Shown: in pieces, positions 11,130 through 25,201 of the stretch
Position numbering within the stretch: position 1 is the first letter of the stretch
How the letters are laid out: each line of letters begins with the position of its first letter
NCBI RefSeq assembly: GCF_963921235.1
Contig: NC_086106.1
Coordinates: 24,738,001 to 24,802,000, forward strand
DNA from: Mobula hypostoma
Taxonomy: Eukaryota
Reading direction: 5' to 3'
Length of the DNA stretch: 64,000 bases
Notes under the pieces: generated by a model
The model's input: only the letters and a program-made list of their open reading frames with translations
Database searches by the model: none
Told to the model about the DNA's origin: nothing
Position numbers and translations under genes: made by a program

Positions 11130-13400
11130 AGGAAACACCATGAAATAGCGCTTTCCGACGAACAATACATATTCTAGTAAACTCGACAAGAATTTAACAA
11201 AAGGCACCATACTCCATACACCACAAATCGCCCGAGTGCATATCCCATTCAGGAGGGAGTGGGGTGCGGTATAATCGTTTCTACTGTTGGTTCTTCAGTC
11301 TCCACATGTCGCTACAGAGCCCTCTTGCTATGTTTCTGGTCCGGGTCAACACACACCTCTTGCAACATACATCAAAGTTGCTGGTGAACGCAGCAGGCCA
11401 AGCAGCATCTATAGGAAGAGGCGCAGTCGACGTTTCAGACCGAGACCCTTAGAGAATATCGACAGACCCACCTCCATCCTCTGATTTCACCTGCAAAACT
11501 GGTACGTTTGGCACCTTACTTTCCACTACATAGGTTGTAACCGTCAAGCGGTCAGACAAATTATGCCTTCCAGGTAGCCACAAATTCTTTATGAGGTCTC
11601 AGTTTCCAGGTTTGAGCTCGGAGAGCATAACCTTCTGGTCGTAGCTACTCCGATTTCCTTGGTTATGTTTGGTACCCACGATTTCAGCTAATCCCGAAGC
11701 ATTTTACTGCTCCCTTGTTATATCAGTCACAAACTTCTGCTGTCTTCGACGATAGATGTTCCACGCCAGTCCCAAAACAGAGCGCAACGGAAAAACTCGT
11801 CTCGCGCCCAAACATCAGATAATATGGCCAGTACATTTTAGCCCCATTTTCTGCACAGTTGTAGATGCGACCACATATCCAATACCTTGTTTACACTTGT
11901 TCTTTTCGATTATATTCAAGGTTTCGAACATGTCTAACAAGGACGGATTGCGCCTCTCGTGCAAGGGAACAGCCGGCGAAACATAAGGCGTAGCCTTCGA
12001 CTTCTCTTCTTCAAGCATACTCAGCTAGTCATGTTGGACCCTACTGTGAAAATTCCGTCCTTGATCGATATGTATCCGCCAGGGGAGGCCGTAATAAATG
12101 AAATACTTCTCCTATAACACTTTGAGCACAGATGACCCCCAATTATCCTTGCATATCTGGTGTAGTGTTCCGTAATGACCAAGTCACTGGCAATGTTGCT
12201 GGCATATGGATCTATTCACAAAAGATCTATACACACCAGGTTAAGTGGTTCCGCACTCTTCATGTACGACAAAGGAACGGCCCTCGCAGGCAGCGTCTTC
12301 CTCCGTATACTGCGAATGCAGGACTCGCAGGACTCTTCGTCCCTGGCTCCAATCAGCGTCAGTAGAGCCGATATCAGAACAATCCATTGGTCTTGTCAAC
12401 CCGCAAATAGCCAGAACCATCACAGTGCGATTTCAACACAATTCTCCGATACTCTCAGGCAGAACCAACTAGAAACGCTGATGTCGGTGTGGAGGCGACG
12501 TGACCGGATATAGGATCTAGTGCATCAGCCTCATTCTGGGTCATTCTCTCAGTAATCGAGACACCACAGAGGATTTCTTCCTGTCGCCTGGTCCGTGTTC
12601 TTTTTCGCAACTGCTGACCAAACAGTACCGATGCCCATGCCCTCTGGGTCAGCGGATGCCACTTCGCCAGGACTCAATTCCGGCAACTAGTCTCTCTTTA
12701 GAGCGCTCAGGACGCATTAAGTTTGAGCAAGACAATATCAGAAGCCCCCGAATGATCTACCGCTCGATCGGCCCCCTGCCTTTTCATCGCCTTCACCGTG
12801 ATGGAAAACTAAACTATGGCTTTCACTCCAGGAGCAGGAACACTCTCCCACTCTCTGTCCCTTTTGACATTCAAACTGACGTCGTGACAACACATCGGCT
12901 TCAATGTTCCTTCCTCCAGGCCACTATTTCATGCTGAAATCATGGGCATCCAATTTCGCGGGTGAAAGTATGCGATAAGTGTTTGTTGACCGTCTTTACC
13001 TCACACTTGTCACCACGGGCGTAGTCACTTAAGTTATGCACCGCAGCCCATTTCAAAGCTAATAAATCCAACATGTGTGTTGGATGTTTTTTTTTCTCGG
13101 AGGATGACATACTCCGACCGAGAAATGCGACTGGTTTCAACCCTGTGGCCTGATCTTAATAAACAACACACCTGAAGGCTTCTCTGCTGCATCTTATGCA
13201 GTGCATACGTCAACCGGGAATCTGCAAAAGTCAGCACAGGCGTATTGGTCAGCAGCTCCTTCAGCGACTGAAATGCCTCTTCACATTTCGCAAACCATCA
13301 CCCTCTAAAATATTCTGAAGGACGAAGATAATATTTACCATCCACTCATTTTCTCATTCTTCCTTTTGTCCCCGAGGGAGGGTAACGCGCAGAAGCTGAT
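11130..13400 (-). mobile_element. Decayed Ty3/Gypsy pol (RT/RNase H, integrase)
   Basis: Fragments PVAFLGRSMSSSEK..LLALKWA (RNase H) and ERRNPSLLDMFETL (integrase core); many stops and frameshifts. Confidence 0.85.
11363..11450 (-). mobile_element. Penelope terminal fragment inserted into the Gypsy relic
   Basis: Minus strand GGGTCTCGGTCTGAAACGTCGACTG..GCTGCTTGGCCTGCTG; absent from the paralogous Gypsy copy at about 61077-61102. Confidence 0.7.
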
Positions 13401-13959
13401 TGACAGGGTAACTCACTTTAAAGTATTCCTTCATGAACCTCAGATAGTACCCGCGGAAACTCAAGGAAAGATCGCCGGGACCTCACAGCTGGGGACTTGG
13501 CTAGCGATTCACTGAGACTGTGTTAGGTAGATTAATAACTACTCCATCCCGAGAGACTATATGCACAACAGGGGTGACAGACCTATCATCCTAACTTTGA
13601 AAACTGCGATTTTAAATGAACAGTCCTTCAGAATGAGGCGGTTTTACTCAAGTTTCAGTAGCTGTGTGGGAAAATGATAAGTTTTATTCATGTTTCCCAT
13701 GATAATAGGACTATGATGAAGTACCGGTGGATGGGAAGTGGGGCAGCCATATATGCAGAATATCAACGGAGTGTTCCGTGGTTAGAAGACGCCGTATCCC
13801 TGACTATAGCCCTGGCTTTAAGATGAGAGAACCCGAAAGCTGGAATGGCTGGATTTGCTCATACTATATTTAGAGGGACATATTGTAAGTTTCTGAGGAA
13901 TTATTCCTTGTGTATCATTTAGTTATCTCAGGTATACTGATTGGATCCAAGGGTGTGAA

Positions 13960-14550
13960 GCCGAGGGGTGGTAGTGGGGACAAACTACCACAACCTAAAA
14001 GTGCTCCTCACGGCATGCGCCTCAAAGAGTCTCTGACAACCAAGTTCAGCTCCTGGCCTTCTCGTGTTGCTTAGCCTCTAAACCCGGCGGAATGGTTTCT
14101 TCTGACAGGAGAAGGGGCTAAGGCGGTCTTGACGCCTTAAAACCAGTGCTTCCGGTAAATGTAGCTCGTCAGCCTGGGAAGGCAGTACACCTAAGAGAGG
14201 GAAGACTCTGATTTCAAACTTCCGCTGCATTGCAGCCATATCCAATCATGGGAAAGGCTTCGAGTGTGAACTCTGAGGACAAATCCGGAACTGAAGCCCC
14301 CCGCTAAGGCAGACAAACGTTGCATTCAACATCGTTCTGGTAACCACTGAGACGACAATGCTGCCAAGCTGTATCGGACTTTACCCTTCCGTTGGACAAC
14401 ATCGGTGTCCTGGACAGGAAACACTTGCAGCATGGCCAACTGACGGTATTCCATACAAGCTTGCCCAGGCCTGCGCCCTGGAGAGGACACTCTAGTAGAC
14501 TTCCGAGACGCAGATCCATGGTCTCGCGAGACTAACGGATGCCACCACTC
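13960..14550 (+). repeat. Unclassified interspersed repeat whose 3' part is shared with 51100-51240 and 61876-62100
   Basis: Shared blocks such as CCCTTGGACAACATCGG..CCCAGGCCTGCGCCCTGGA..CAGATCCATGGTCT..GGATGCCACC. Confidence 0.6.
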
Positions 14551-14679
14551 ACTGAGTTGTCAAACAGAAATATCGCAAGTAATTTTCTTTTACGGCTGGC
14601 AGACGGGGGTATGTGAGTTTGAAAGCCAAAAATGATAGTATTCACATACAAGGATTGACTGATTTGTAAATACCTCCTA

Positions 14680-14995
14680 CGATGGAAAAATAAGCTTCAG
14701 ATTTCTGCCTGTTTTAGGGCTAGTTTGGAAGGTAGCAGCTCCATAAGATAAAGGAATTATTCACTCTGGCGAATGTTTGTCTGTACACAGAGAATGTGAC
14801 TGAAATACCGACTATTTTGTAAAGAAACCTGGGAACAGAAAAGATCTAGAACCAACAGAAACTATTTTCTGCTTAATTCATAAAAAAATACAGAGCTTCC
14901 TTTCCTGTTGTCCACAATCTACATACATATTGATTTTTTTTATTGCTTTGGATTTGCGCAACATCAACCACATCTTAAGTGAACGGACCTAATTA
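14680..14995 (+). pseudogene. Ancient plus-strand V relic, family A (copy 1)
   Basis: Cys1 position GGT 14731 and Cys2 TGC 14944 are 213 nt apart, as in V3. AATGTTTGTCTGTAC resembles NVFWY. CGC starts 10 nt after Cys2, where the heptamer would be. Confidence 0.45.
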
Positions 14996-15479
14996 CCTAA
15001 GTTCGTTAAACGTCCATACATGTGTACAAGGGTTGGTGCAGAAACTGCCTGGTTCAAGTAAATGCTTACTTTAGTTGAAATAAATCTTGAGTTATTTTCA
15101 TTGAAAAGTTGTTTGCTAATTCGACGTTTAGAAAATTCTTAATAATCGTCAACCGCAACAGAAGAAACTGGGCCGCATAGGCACCAACAGCTGGAATGTA
15201 TTTTATTCCTTATTTTGGGATTATTTCACGTGCAACGGTCTACCAGAATATGTATCACAACCAGAATATTAAGCATAAACAGAGTACGCGCTTGTGTAAC
15301 TCTAATATGGTCACGATTAACGCCTTATTCATTTGTTGTGTATCTATTTACTTTGACGCTGAAACGTTAGATTTGTCGTTTATACCATAAATATGCAAAA
15401 TAATTAGGTCCGGACTTTTAGCAGCCCTCCACAAAAACTGTTGCAATAACAGATTTACGTGGTATCATAGCGAATTTTC

Positions 15480-16063
15480 CGCCACCAGCATCAAATGGAA
15501 ATGAACTAGTCGAACGCGTGGACGACCGTGCACTAAGAGAAAAAAAACTTTCGAATTTCAATGACAACCAACGTTGCAGCCCGTTGTCGCGAAGAGGAAT
15601 CTTACAATGAGAGAAATATCCGGAAAACAGCTGAACTACTGTAGTGTCGATGGCCAGCAAATCAGCACTAACTTCCAATATATACGCTGATGACGATAGG
15701 CCGCAACAATTTAGGGAAAGATTTCGGTTGCCTCGAGTTTGATAAAAAGAGGAAAAGTTCAAACAGCTACACAGTAGCGTACTGATTAGCACAACGTTCT
15801 ACTGTGCGTATGTCACGTATTTAATTCCCAGCACTGCTTGTAAAGAGATTGAATATTTTTCCTCGGAACTCGTGGGTTTTTTGTCAAGTGCTTTGGTGCC
15901 TAAACTCTGGCTGGATTTGGTAATCCGATTTGTTAGTGTAAACTGTAACCTAAGTAGGCTCTGATTTAAGCAGTGCATTTACGTGCTCCGAGCAATGATA
16001 TGCAGAAAGGGGAAATTCCTTACTGTATCTCAAATGCATTCGTAATCATACAAGCAAGCACAT
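15480..16063 (-). pseudogene. Ancient inverted V relic, family B (copy 1), with leader
   Basis: 40-nt phase-1 leader 16063-16024 with GTAAG donor. The exon has ..NLSLNC..SSSAYIL..(W)-R-FAGH..LQ. Confidence 0.6.
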
Positions 16064-16810
16064 AAATAGGTAAATAAGAACCGGCTTGCCCTGCAAATCA
16101 TATATTCGGTGCGAATTCGGGATGAATTTGGATTTTAAACAAATACAACGGTTATAGATGGCAAATAAATTATACTAAATGCTCATGTTGTCTGTATTTT
16201 TGGAGAACAGATGAAACTGCTTAAAATGCTTGCCGGGAGATTCTTCAAAACTGCATCTATAGCAGAATCCCTTTCGTGTGAAAAGTAAACCAAAATTCAC
16301 TCTAGCAACATATCAATTTTCAGGCCCATTATTTGACCATATTTGAATTAATTTCAGTACAGTGTTCACAGTGAAGCTGCAGGAGGGTAATTATGTTTAG
16401 AAGCAGAAATGGATTGCACCATAGTTGCGCAATCCTTGTGTTACACTCGCAAAACGCCACGTTAAGAATCTCTTTCCAGCATGAAACGGCTGAGTTTGCC
16501 AGAGGATTTCGATTTCAAATGTCCTTTCTCATTTGAAATTCTGTACATTTCGGTACGTCTTGAATGCTGAGCATTGATTTCATAATGTCAGCAGAGCGAT
16601 GCAATGAGGACATTGCTTACTGAAACGTCATTTTTAACATTTCAGTAATGGTCCATAAAATACCAGATACACAATATTATTCTGAAAGAGAGTGATGCTC
16701 CAGAGGGAACAAATGATTGAACAGTAAATCTCGCTAGACTGTCGATTTAAGAATATTGCTGAAAATTCTCACGCTCATTGAGTCATGCTGAGTCATTTTT
16801 GCATTGTCAT

Positions 16811-17624
16811 TGTTATGTGGTCGGCAACAATGAATACAGCAAATGAGTCAGTGGTTTGTAAAAACAAACAAACATTGATTAAATTCTGTTCAGCAATAGT
16901 GAAAAGTATTGAAACGACTAACTTAAGCGGAAGTTAACTGCTACACGGCATCCCTTGAACAGTTCTTAAAAGGGTAAGTGCAAAAACAGTAAATTTGAAC
17001 ACAGTCTTAAAATGCCAAATTCGAAAGTCCAAGTGATTTACACAGTCGATAAGGAGAGACCTGTCTGGAAACTGATTTCTTCAAAGACATGGCGTTCCTG
17101 TTGATTCTCTAAAGGATTCACGACAAAGGAAATAAAACAGCTTTAATGAGCTGCCCTTTTTCTAGCGAGTGAATCCTGTACAAACCTCCCTGCTCTTGCA
17201 GGAGTTATACAGATGCAGTTCGCCTTATTCTGAACGAATTCTCCATAATGTCAATCCTTCATTAAACCGCCGAACCTATTCCGATCCTTCAGTTTCCCGT
17301 CCTTTAGTAAGGTCTTCATTCTCCAATACTACTGTAAAGGTAAACCAAAGATACACCAACAAAGGTGGCAGCGATTGGCGATACTGCCGGCACAATAATT
17401 CTGTACCTTACAATAGAAAGTAAAGCTCCGTTTAAAAACGAAACTGCGTCATGAGACGAATACGCAGCATAACGGAGTACCTGGCGAACTAAACTGACAG
17501 CTCAACTGAAAATCTAACTGCGTCACACCAGGGGTCTCCCATTTATACCTGTTGTGAACATGTCATCACGTGACCTCACACTGGCGGGAAAATTACATCA
17601 CCCCACCATCACAAGACCATTACA
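16811..17624 (-). mobile_element. Solo LTR (814 bp), same family as 45699-46521
   Basis: Minus strand TGTAATGGTCTT...CATTGTTGCCGACCACATAACA; flanking 4-mers TCAT/CCAT give a TSD with one mismatch. Confidence 0.8.
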
Positions 17625-18680
17625 CCATGGTCATAAGATACTAAGTTACATGATTGTCATAAGAAACTTAATTACATCATAGTCATAAGACAGTCACAAG
17701 ATACCCACGAGGTATTGAACATCATGATGAGATGAAGTATATGCTAAATTGTTATAAAAGAAATTGTTTATTTAGTTATGTGCTTGGCAGGGTATTTATT
17801 CTTATCTCTTTGTCAATAGAACTATATATCTACCTGTTTGTCTACGGTATCATTTGTTTATTTATTTTCTAAATAGCTTCATAATTAATTATTTACTCAC
17901 CTTTTTAGGTGTTAATTCTTTTAGCTAGATGTGTTACTTGCCCAGTGTTGTTTATTTATTACCTGATAATTATTTATTTATGAATTATTTATTCAAAAAA
18001 ACGAGGTAGACGTTCAGTACAAAGCTATAAAATGCTGGCCACAATTTATGTTCCATACACACTCCCTTTTGGACTTCTGGAAAAAAAAACAAGGTCGACA
18101 TGGTAGATAAAAGCCGCTTGATTACCGTAACATTTTACTGAGAAGTAACTTGAAGGTATTTTCCAGCTGATCGATAGATTTTGCAATATATATATATAGA
18201 TGGGGGGGGGGTGGGGGGAACAACAACAACAGGGAAGGAAATGTAAGTTTGGTCCAGTTAGATGTAAATTAAATAATTGAGTCTAAACCGAGGAAAGTTA
18301 TTCGTTTCCCTTCTGAGTTGCGTTCACGATCATTACATTTGGGACGCTGCTATGTACTGATACAAAACATTCTTTTTTTCTTTTTTTTTTCCCTCGTGTT
18401 CGTTATTATAGCTAATAATAGTTGAAGGAAGACACACATTTTCTACTTTTATCCACACATTACATTTGTTTTCATCTTTTTCTGAGTTTTTGAGATAGAA
18501 TGTTTCGTCAATTAGAAAATGAAACAGTCACGAGTCCACGGGTATTTACTCTATATTTTTTTCATGCTCCACATCTGCCGGAATTTATTTCCTACCTCAG
18601 ACAAAATATGAAACCGGTGATTAAAATTGCTCTAACATCGCGTTAGGCGACATTATTGGAGCGAAAACAACATATCTAAC

Positions 18681-21600
18681 CGTGCAAAAAAGCGGCCAGT
18701 GAGTGAGTGGACCAGTGAAGGAGCGGAGCTTTGAGGCATTGACTTGAGAGGCTTCGACGATAAGAGGGGGAGGACAAGATTGCTCGCAGTTAGTCTTTAC
18801 AATGCCTCCTGAGATGGTGATGTGCCTCTCATGTGAGATGTGGCAGTCTTGGGGGACGCCACTGTCCCGCAGAGTCATATCTGCCAGACGTGCATACGGC
18901 TGGGCGATCTGGAAGACCGTGTAAGGAATCTGGAGCAGCAGCTGGATGATCTTCGACTCATAAGGGAGAATGAGGCAGTCATAGATCACAGCTACAAGGA
19001 GGTAGCCACACCTAGGCTGTCGGAAGCAGGTCGTTGGGTGACAGTCAGAGGAAGGGAAAGCGAAGGTGAGCAGACAGGTAGTGCAGAGGAACCCTGTAGC
19101 CATTCTTCTGAATAATAAGTTAACTGTCCTGCATACTGTTGGCGGGACCGCCGACCAGTTGTGAGCCACAGTGGGACGGCCCCCGGCACTGAGCCTGACC
19201 CGGTGGTGCAGAAGTGTGGGACGGAGAAGAGGAGAGCTGACGTCATTGGAGACAGTAAAGCCAGGGGAGCAAACAGGAGATTTTCTGGGCATGATAAGGA
19301 CACCTGCATGGTTTGTTGCCTCCAGGGTGCCAGCGTCCGGGATGTCTCTGACCGGGTGGACGACATCATGGTACGACAGGGAAAGTAAACAGAAGTCGTG
19401 ATACATGTTGGGAACAACGACGTAGGCAGGAAGAGGGATGAGGTCCTGAGGACTGAGTTTCGGGAATTAGGCAGAAGGCTGAAGAACAGGACCTTAAGGG
19501 TGACGTTCACAGGATTGCTGCCAGAGCTACGTGACAGAGATGGTAAGAATTGGAGGAGATGACAGTTCAATACGTGGCTGAGGAGTTGGTGCAGGGAGCA
19601 GGGTTTTAGATTTTTAGATCATTAGGATCTATTCTGGGGAAGGTGGGACCTGAACAGATTGGATGAGTTGCACCTGAACTCGAGGGGGAGCAATATCCTT
19701 GCAGGTAGGTTTGATAGCATGGTTTGGGAGGGTTTAAACTAATTTGCGAGGGGGATGGGACCCAGAGCAATAGAGCAGTGAAACAAGTGCATGGAGTAAA
19801 GCCAGATCTAACATGCAGAGAGGCTTTGAGGAAAGAGAAGCAGAATAAACAGTGTAAAGACAGTAAGGTAGAAGGGCTGAATTGTGTGTACCTCAATGCA
19901 AGAAGCATCAGGAACAAAGGCGATGAACTGAGATCTTGGATACATACATGAAATTATGATGTAGTGGCTATTACAGAGACTTGGCTGGCACCAGGGCAGG
20001 AATGGATTCTCAATATTCCTGGATTTCAGTGCTTTAAAATGGATAGAGAGGGCGGAAAAAAGTGGAGGAGGTGTGGCATTACTGTTCAGGGATACTATTA
20101 CAGCTACAGAAAGGCTGGGTAATGTAGCAGGATCCTCTTTTGAGGCAGTATGGGTGGAAGTCAGGAACAGGAATGGTGCAGTTACTCTTTTGGGGATATT
20201 CTATGGGCCCCCTGGTAGCAGCAGAGATACTGAAGAGCAGAATGGGAGGTAGCTTTTGGAATGGTGCAAAAATAACAGGGTTGTTATCATGGGTAACTTT
20301 AACGTCCCTAATAATGATTGGCACCTGATTAGTTCCAAAGGTTTAGATGGGGCAGAGTTTATTAAGTGTGTCTAGGACGGATTCCTGTCACAGTATGTGG
20401 ACCGGCCGACAAGGGGGAATGCCATACTAGATCTAGTACTAGGTGATGAACCGGGTCATATCAGAGATCTCTCAGTGGATGAGCCTATGGAGGACAGTAA
20501 CCACCGCTCCTGGCCTTTAACAGTATCATGGAAAAGGATAGGCTCAGAGGGGACATGATTTATTTTAATTGGAAGGGCAAATTATGAGGCTATAAGGCTA
20601 GAACTTGCGGGTGTGAACTGGGATGATGTTTTTGCAGCGACATGTACTATGGACATGTGGTCGATGTTAAGCGACTCCCTGCAGGATTTTGGGGATAAAT
20701 TTGACCGGTGAGGAAGATAAAGAATGGTAGGGTGAAGGAACTATGGGCGCCAAGTGAGGTGGAAAATCTAGTCAGGTGGAAGAAGGCAGCACACATGAGG
20801 TTTGGAAAGCAAGGATCAGATGGTCGATTGTGGAATATAGGGAAGCAAGAAAGGATCTTAGGAAGGGGCTGAGAAGAGCAAAAAGTTGGCATGAGAAGGC
20901 CTTGGCGAGGAGTCTAAAGGAAAACGCCAAGGCATTCTTCAATTATGTGAAGAGAAAATGGATGACAGGACTGAAGGTAGGACCGTTTAGAGATAAATGT
21001 GGGAAGATATGTCTGGAGGCTGTGGAAGTGAGCGAGGTCCTCAATGAATACTTCTCTTCGGTATTCACCAATAAAAGGGAACTTGAATATGGTGAGGACA
21101 ATATGAGTGAGGTCGATGCTCTGGAGAATGTTGATATTAAGGGAGAGGAGGTGTTGGAGTTGTTAAAATACATTGGGACGGCTAAATCCCCGGAGCCTGA
21201 CGGAGTATACCCCAGGCTGCTCCACGGAGCGAGGGAAGAGATTGCCGAGCCTCTGGCTGGGATCTTGATGTCCTCGTTGTCCACGGGAATGGTACCGGAG
21301 GATTGGAGGGCGGCGAATGTTGTCCCCTTGTTCAAAAAAGTTAGTAGGGATAGTCCCAGTAATTATAGACCAGAGAACCTTACGTCTGTGGTGGAAAAGC
21401 TGTTGGATAAGATTCTTAGAGACAGGAACTCTGGGTATTTAGAGAATAATGGTCTGATCAGGGACAGTCAGCATGGCTTTGTGGAGAGCATCTCGTGTCT
21501 AACAAGATGGATAGAGTTATTTGAGGAAGTGACTAGGCATACAGAAGAGGGTGGTGCAGTGGATGTGATCTATATGGACCTTAGTAAGGCATTTAACAAG

Positions 21601-22730
21601 GTTCAACACGGTAGGTTTATTCAGTAAGTAAGAAGGCATGGGATCCAGGGAAGTTTGGCCAGATGGATTCAGAATTGACTTGCCTGCAGAGGGCAGAGGG
21701 TCTTGGTGGAGGGAGTACGCTCATAGTGGAGGATTGTGACTAGTGGTGTCACACAAGGATCTGCTCTAGGACCTCTACTTTTCGTGATTTTTATTAATGA
21801 CCTGGATATGGGGGTAGAGGGGTGGGTTGGCAAATTTGCAGACGACACAAAGGTTGGTGGTGTTGTAGATAGTGTAGAAGATTCTCAAAGATTGCAGACA
21901 GACATTGATTGGATGCAGAAGTTCGCTGAGAAGTGGCAGATGGAGTTCAACTCGGAGAAGTGTGAGGTGTACACTTTCGAAGGACAAACTCCAAGGCAGA
22001 GTACAAAGTATATGGCAGGATACTTGGTAGTTTGAAGGAGCAGAGGGATATGGGGGTACATGACCACAGATCCCTGAAAGTTGCCTCACAGGTTGATAGG
22101 GTAGTTAAGAAACCTTATGGGGCGTTAGCTTTCATAAGTCGAGGGATGGAGTTTAAGAGTCGCGGTGTGATGTTGCAGCTCTATAAAACTCTGGTTAGGA
22201 CACACTTGGAGTACTGTGTCCAGTTCTGGTCGGCTCACTATAGGAAGGATGTGGAAGCATTGAAAAGGGTACGAAGGAGATTTACCAGGATCCTGCCTGG
22301 TTTAGAAAGTATGCATTATGATCAGAGATTAAGGCAGCTAGGGCTTTACTCATTGGAGAGAAAGAGGAGGACAGGAGTCATGATAGAGGTGTACAAGATA
22401 ATAAGAGGAATAGAAAGACTGGGTAGCCAGCGCCGCTTCCCCAGGGCACCACTGCTCAATACAAGAGGACATGGCTTTAAGGTAAGGAGTAGGAAGTGCA
22501 AGGGGGATAATAGAGGAAGGTTTTTTTACTCAGAGAGTGGTTGGTGCGTGGAATGCACTGCTTGAGTCAGTGGTGGAGGCAGATATTCTAGCGAAGCTTA
22601 AAAAGCCTATTAGACATGTATATGAAGGAATTTAAGGTGCGGGGTTATATTGCAGGCAGGCTTTGAGTGTCGGCACAACATTGTCGGCCGAAGGCACTAT
22701 ACTATGCTGTACAATTCTATGTACTATGTT
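18681..22730 (+). mobile_element. Near full-length decayed CR1 LINE (ORF1 zinc-knuckle/esterase + ORF2 APE-RT)
   Basis: ORF1 HICQTC..RWVTVR..VIGDS; ORF2 YLNARSIRNK..GVTQGSALGP..FADD; tail at about 22700-22730. Empty paralogous site at about 52056-52085. Confidence 0.95.
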
Positions 22731-24556
22731 CAAACATTCTCACAAGGCCTCAACATATAAGATTAAGGTCAGAATATTAGTTAATCTTCCGTTTATTCTG
22801 CATAGCTCTTTAACGACTCTTTTTAAGACCTGGATGTCCGTTGCACTCTGGTCACTCATTCTACATTTTACACTAGTTCGTAACAGTTTGGAACAGATTA
22901 TTAGTCGTATGATTATTAGCACGAACTCATCTTCGCTCTGCACAGATGCTGTTTGTTCTGTGGACGTTTGTCTCACGTTCTCATTCATTTGTGTTATTAA
23001 GGACGCGGTATGTCGCCTTTCTCATGGGTAAACATGAAGTGTACAGTGCCACTGACTTTGAACGTGTATTAATCGTGACCATTCAGTGTTCTTCTACGCA
23101 ATGCTATTTAATTTTGTACAAACTCACTCCATATTACAGCAGCAACTTTGATACTAACCGAGCGCCTGTTTTCACTGTAGTCGTCTGCCAAACTCCATAA
23201 CATTAACTGAGCAATTCAAACATTCACAAAGTTCATATAGGCAGCTGCAGAAGCAGTAGAAGCCATTGGACATAAAACTGCTTCATACTAGAGCAGGTGC
23301 TGATGTATTAGACTGAGTGATTGGACAAACTATTTTTATTCCCACGATAGAAAGTGCGATATACAGCATTATCTGTCCTCGCAATGAGTAGTATAAACCT
23401 GAGTTAATCTGCAAGATCATGTATACAATAAATGTTAATTTATTATAAACTAGCGGTTATTACTCTCAGATATGTCATATTATTGTTATTTTATATTACC
23501 TCATGACCTTATATTACATATTACCTTATATATTAAACCCCCCTTTTGCAGTTCCAAGAACTGCTGTCAGGTTAACACAACAGAATGACCACATACCCTT
23601 CTACGTATGTTGTATTTCCACGTCACATTCACAGTATGAGATCGGCATTCGAACAGAAATTATTCCAAATTCAGGTGAAAAAGTTTTTGAATCAGAATAT
23701 GATGATATGTGAGACACTGTAACACAAGGGATGTGAACTGCACTTTCTAAACCATGCTTTCGAGAAGGTTAGAGTCTGAACACATCGTCTGTTTTCGTCA
23801 CAGTCATACAATCCAGGATTAGGTTCAATAAGATTGATTTTCTTTTTTTTTTCCCCATTCTGGCTCTGTTAATGGGGTATTGTTTACTTCCGATACCACA
23901 AGGTTTTAATCATAATTAAAATATTGAAACTAATTAAAAGTGAGATAATTAAAAATCACTTTACTCTTGCCGATGATGAACGACGCATCCAACATCCAAT
24001 GCCAAAGCGTCGCATTCCACTGTCCCAAAATGCGAGACTTGCTTTTTGATTTCTACGACCTGTAAGTTATTAATCAAAACATGCGGCAAACGTTTACGCG
24101 GATGGTACTATCTCATATCCTGCTGGAAAAAAATACAAAAATTAAAAAAAAAACAACGTTGATCTGGTTTTATTTGATTATTTCTGAGTCTGTAACTCAG
24201 AAAATAGGTGCGTGTCAAATTCATTTAAATTAGGCGGAAAATTTGGTGATTAATCTCAACATTCCGGAAAGGAGGCTTTATTTTTTTCATATCCTGACAT
24301 TGCTATCTACGTGTATCCATTGATCCATTATATAGAACAGGTAGATCATCGAGAGTTTTCAGCTCAAATTAGGAAAGGAAAGCTCTGTATCAAAGGCGAG
24401 ATTCTCGTTTGTCTGCAGTTAATAAGGTAAATTGATTGTTTTCATTTCACATGACAATTATTAAAGACGAAAAGTTTGGAAATACCCTGCTGGCGAGGAA
24501 CTTCTGCAAAAATCGATGAATGAACAGTCCAAGTCAGCGAACTACATAATCTTTGC

Positions 24557-24569
24557 TGTCAACTGGTGG
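24557..24569 (-). promoter_or_regulatory. Weakened CTCF-like motif upstream of V3 (reverse orientation)
   Basis: TGTCAACTGGTGG at the position homologous to the V1, V5 and V7 motifs. Confidence 0.4.
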
Positions 24570-25201
24570 AATATAACTTCTTTGCTCTTGGCGATGTTAC
24601 ATAACTTTCTTCATGTAACAACAACCTATACACAATCACTGCTTCCAAACGTCTAATTAATTGGTTTGTTACTCAAAGAAAAGCTACTTTCACAGTTTGC
24701 ATGTGAACACGTCAAAATATCGTGCGCTGCGCAGCGTGCTCATTTCTTTATTTCAGATCAATTCTGCTGTCTCAATTCTGCCAGAAATCCACATCAGATT
24801 AAAGTAAATACTGTTATTGCATCTTTTGCTGCACCCGCAGTTCGTTACACTCCCATTTATTCTGCTCTGATTCTCTGCGTCGATGAGCAAGCGCAATTTG
24901 TTGACAGTCTTCACACGAGAATTGCCGGCTGCCACGCATTCCTCACCCTCTGCGTGTCGCTGCGCTGTTCTGTCAGCTCACAAAGTGTTTGACTCCTTTA
25001 TTGTGCACTCCTGCGATCGCCTTGGCAAAATTTCATTTCCTGCACTGCGTGTGAACGCCTTTTTCCATTGTGTCTTTAGAGATTCAACACCGTGCGCTGC
25101 CTGATGTGATTGGTCGGTTTGGCTAAGGGTATGTGTATTTCTCCTCTGGCAATGAGTTTCCCCTCTGTGATCACTGGAGTACGGAGTCAAACAGAGTGAT
25201 T

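Noticed and set aside
15431-15439. ACAAAAACT nonamer between the relics
   Set aside because: No heptamer at the right spacing, wrong orientation for the family-B relic, and not conserved at 63 kb.
17630-17710. Four short GTCA(T/C)AAGA repeats with variable spacers (CRISPR-like look)
   Set aside because: Very short and degenerate, in eukaryotic context with no cas genes; a decayed minisatellite.
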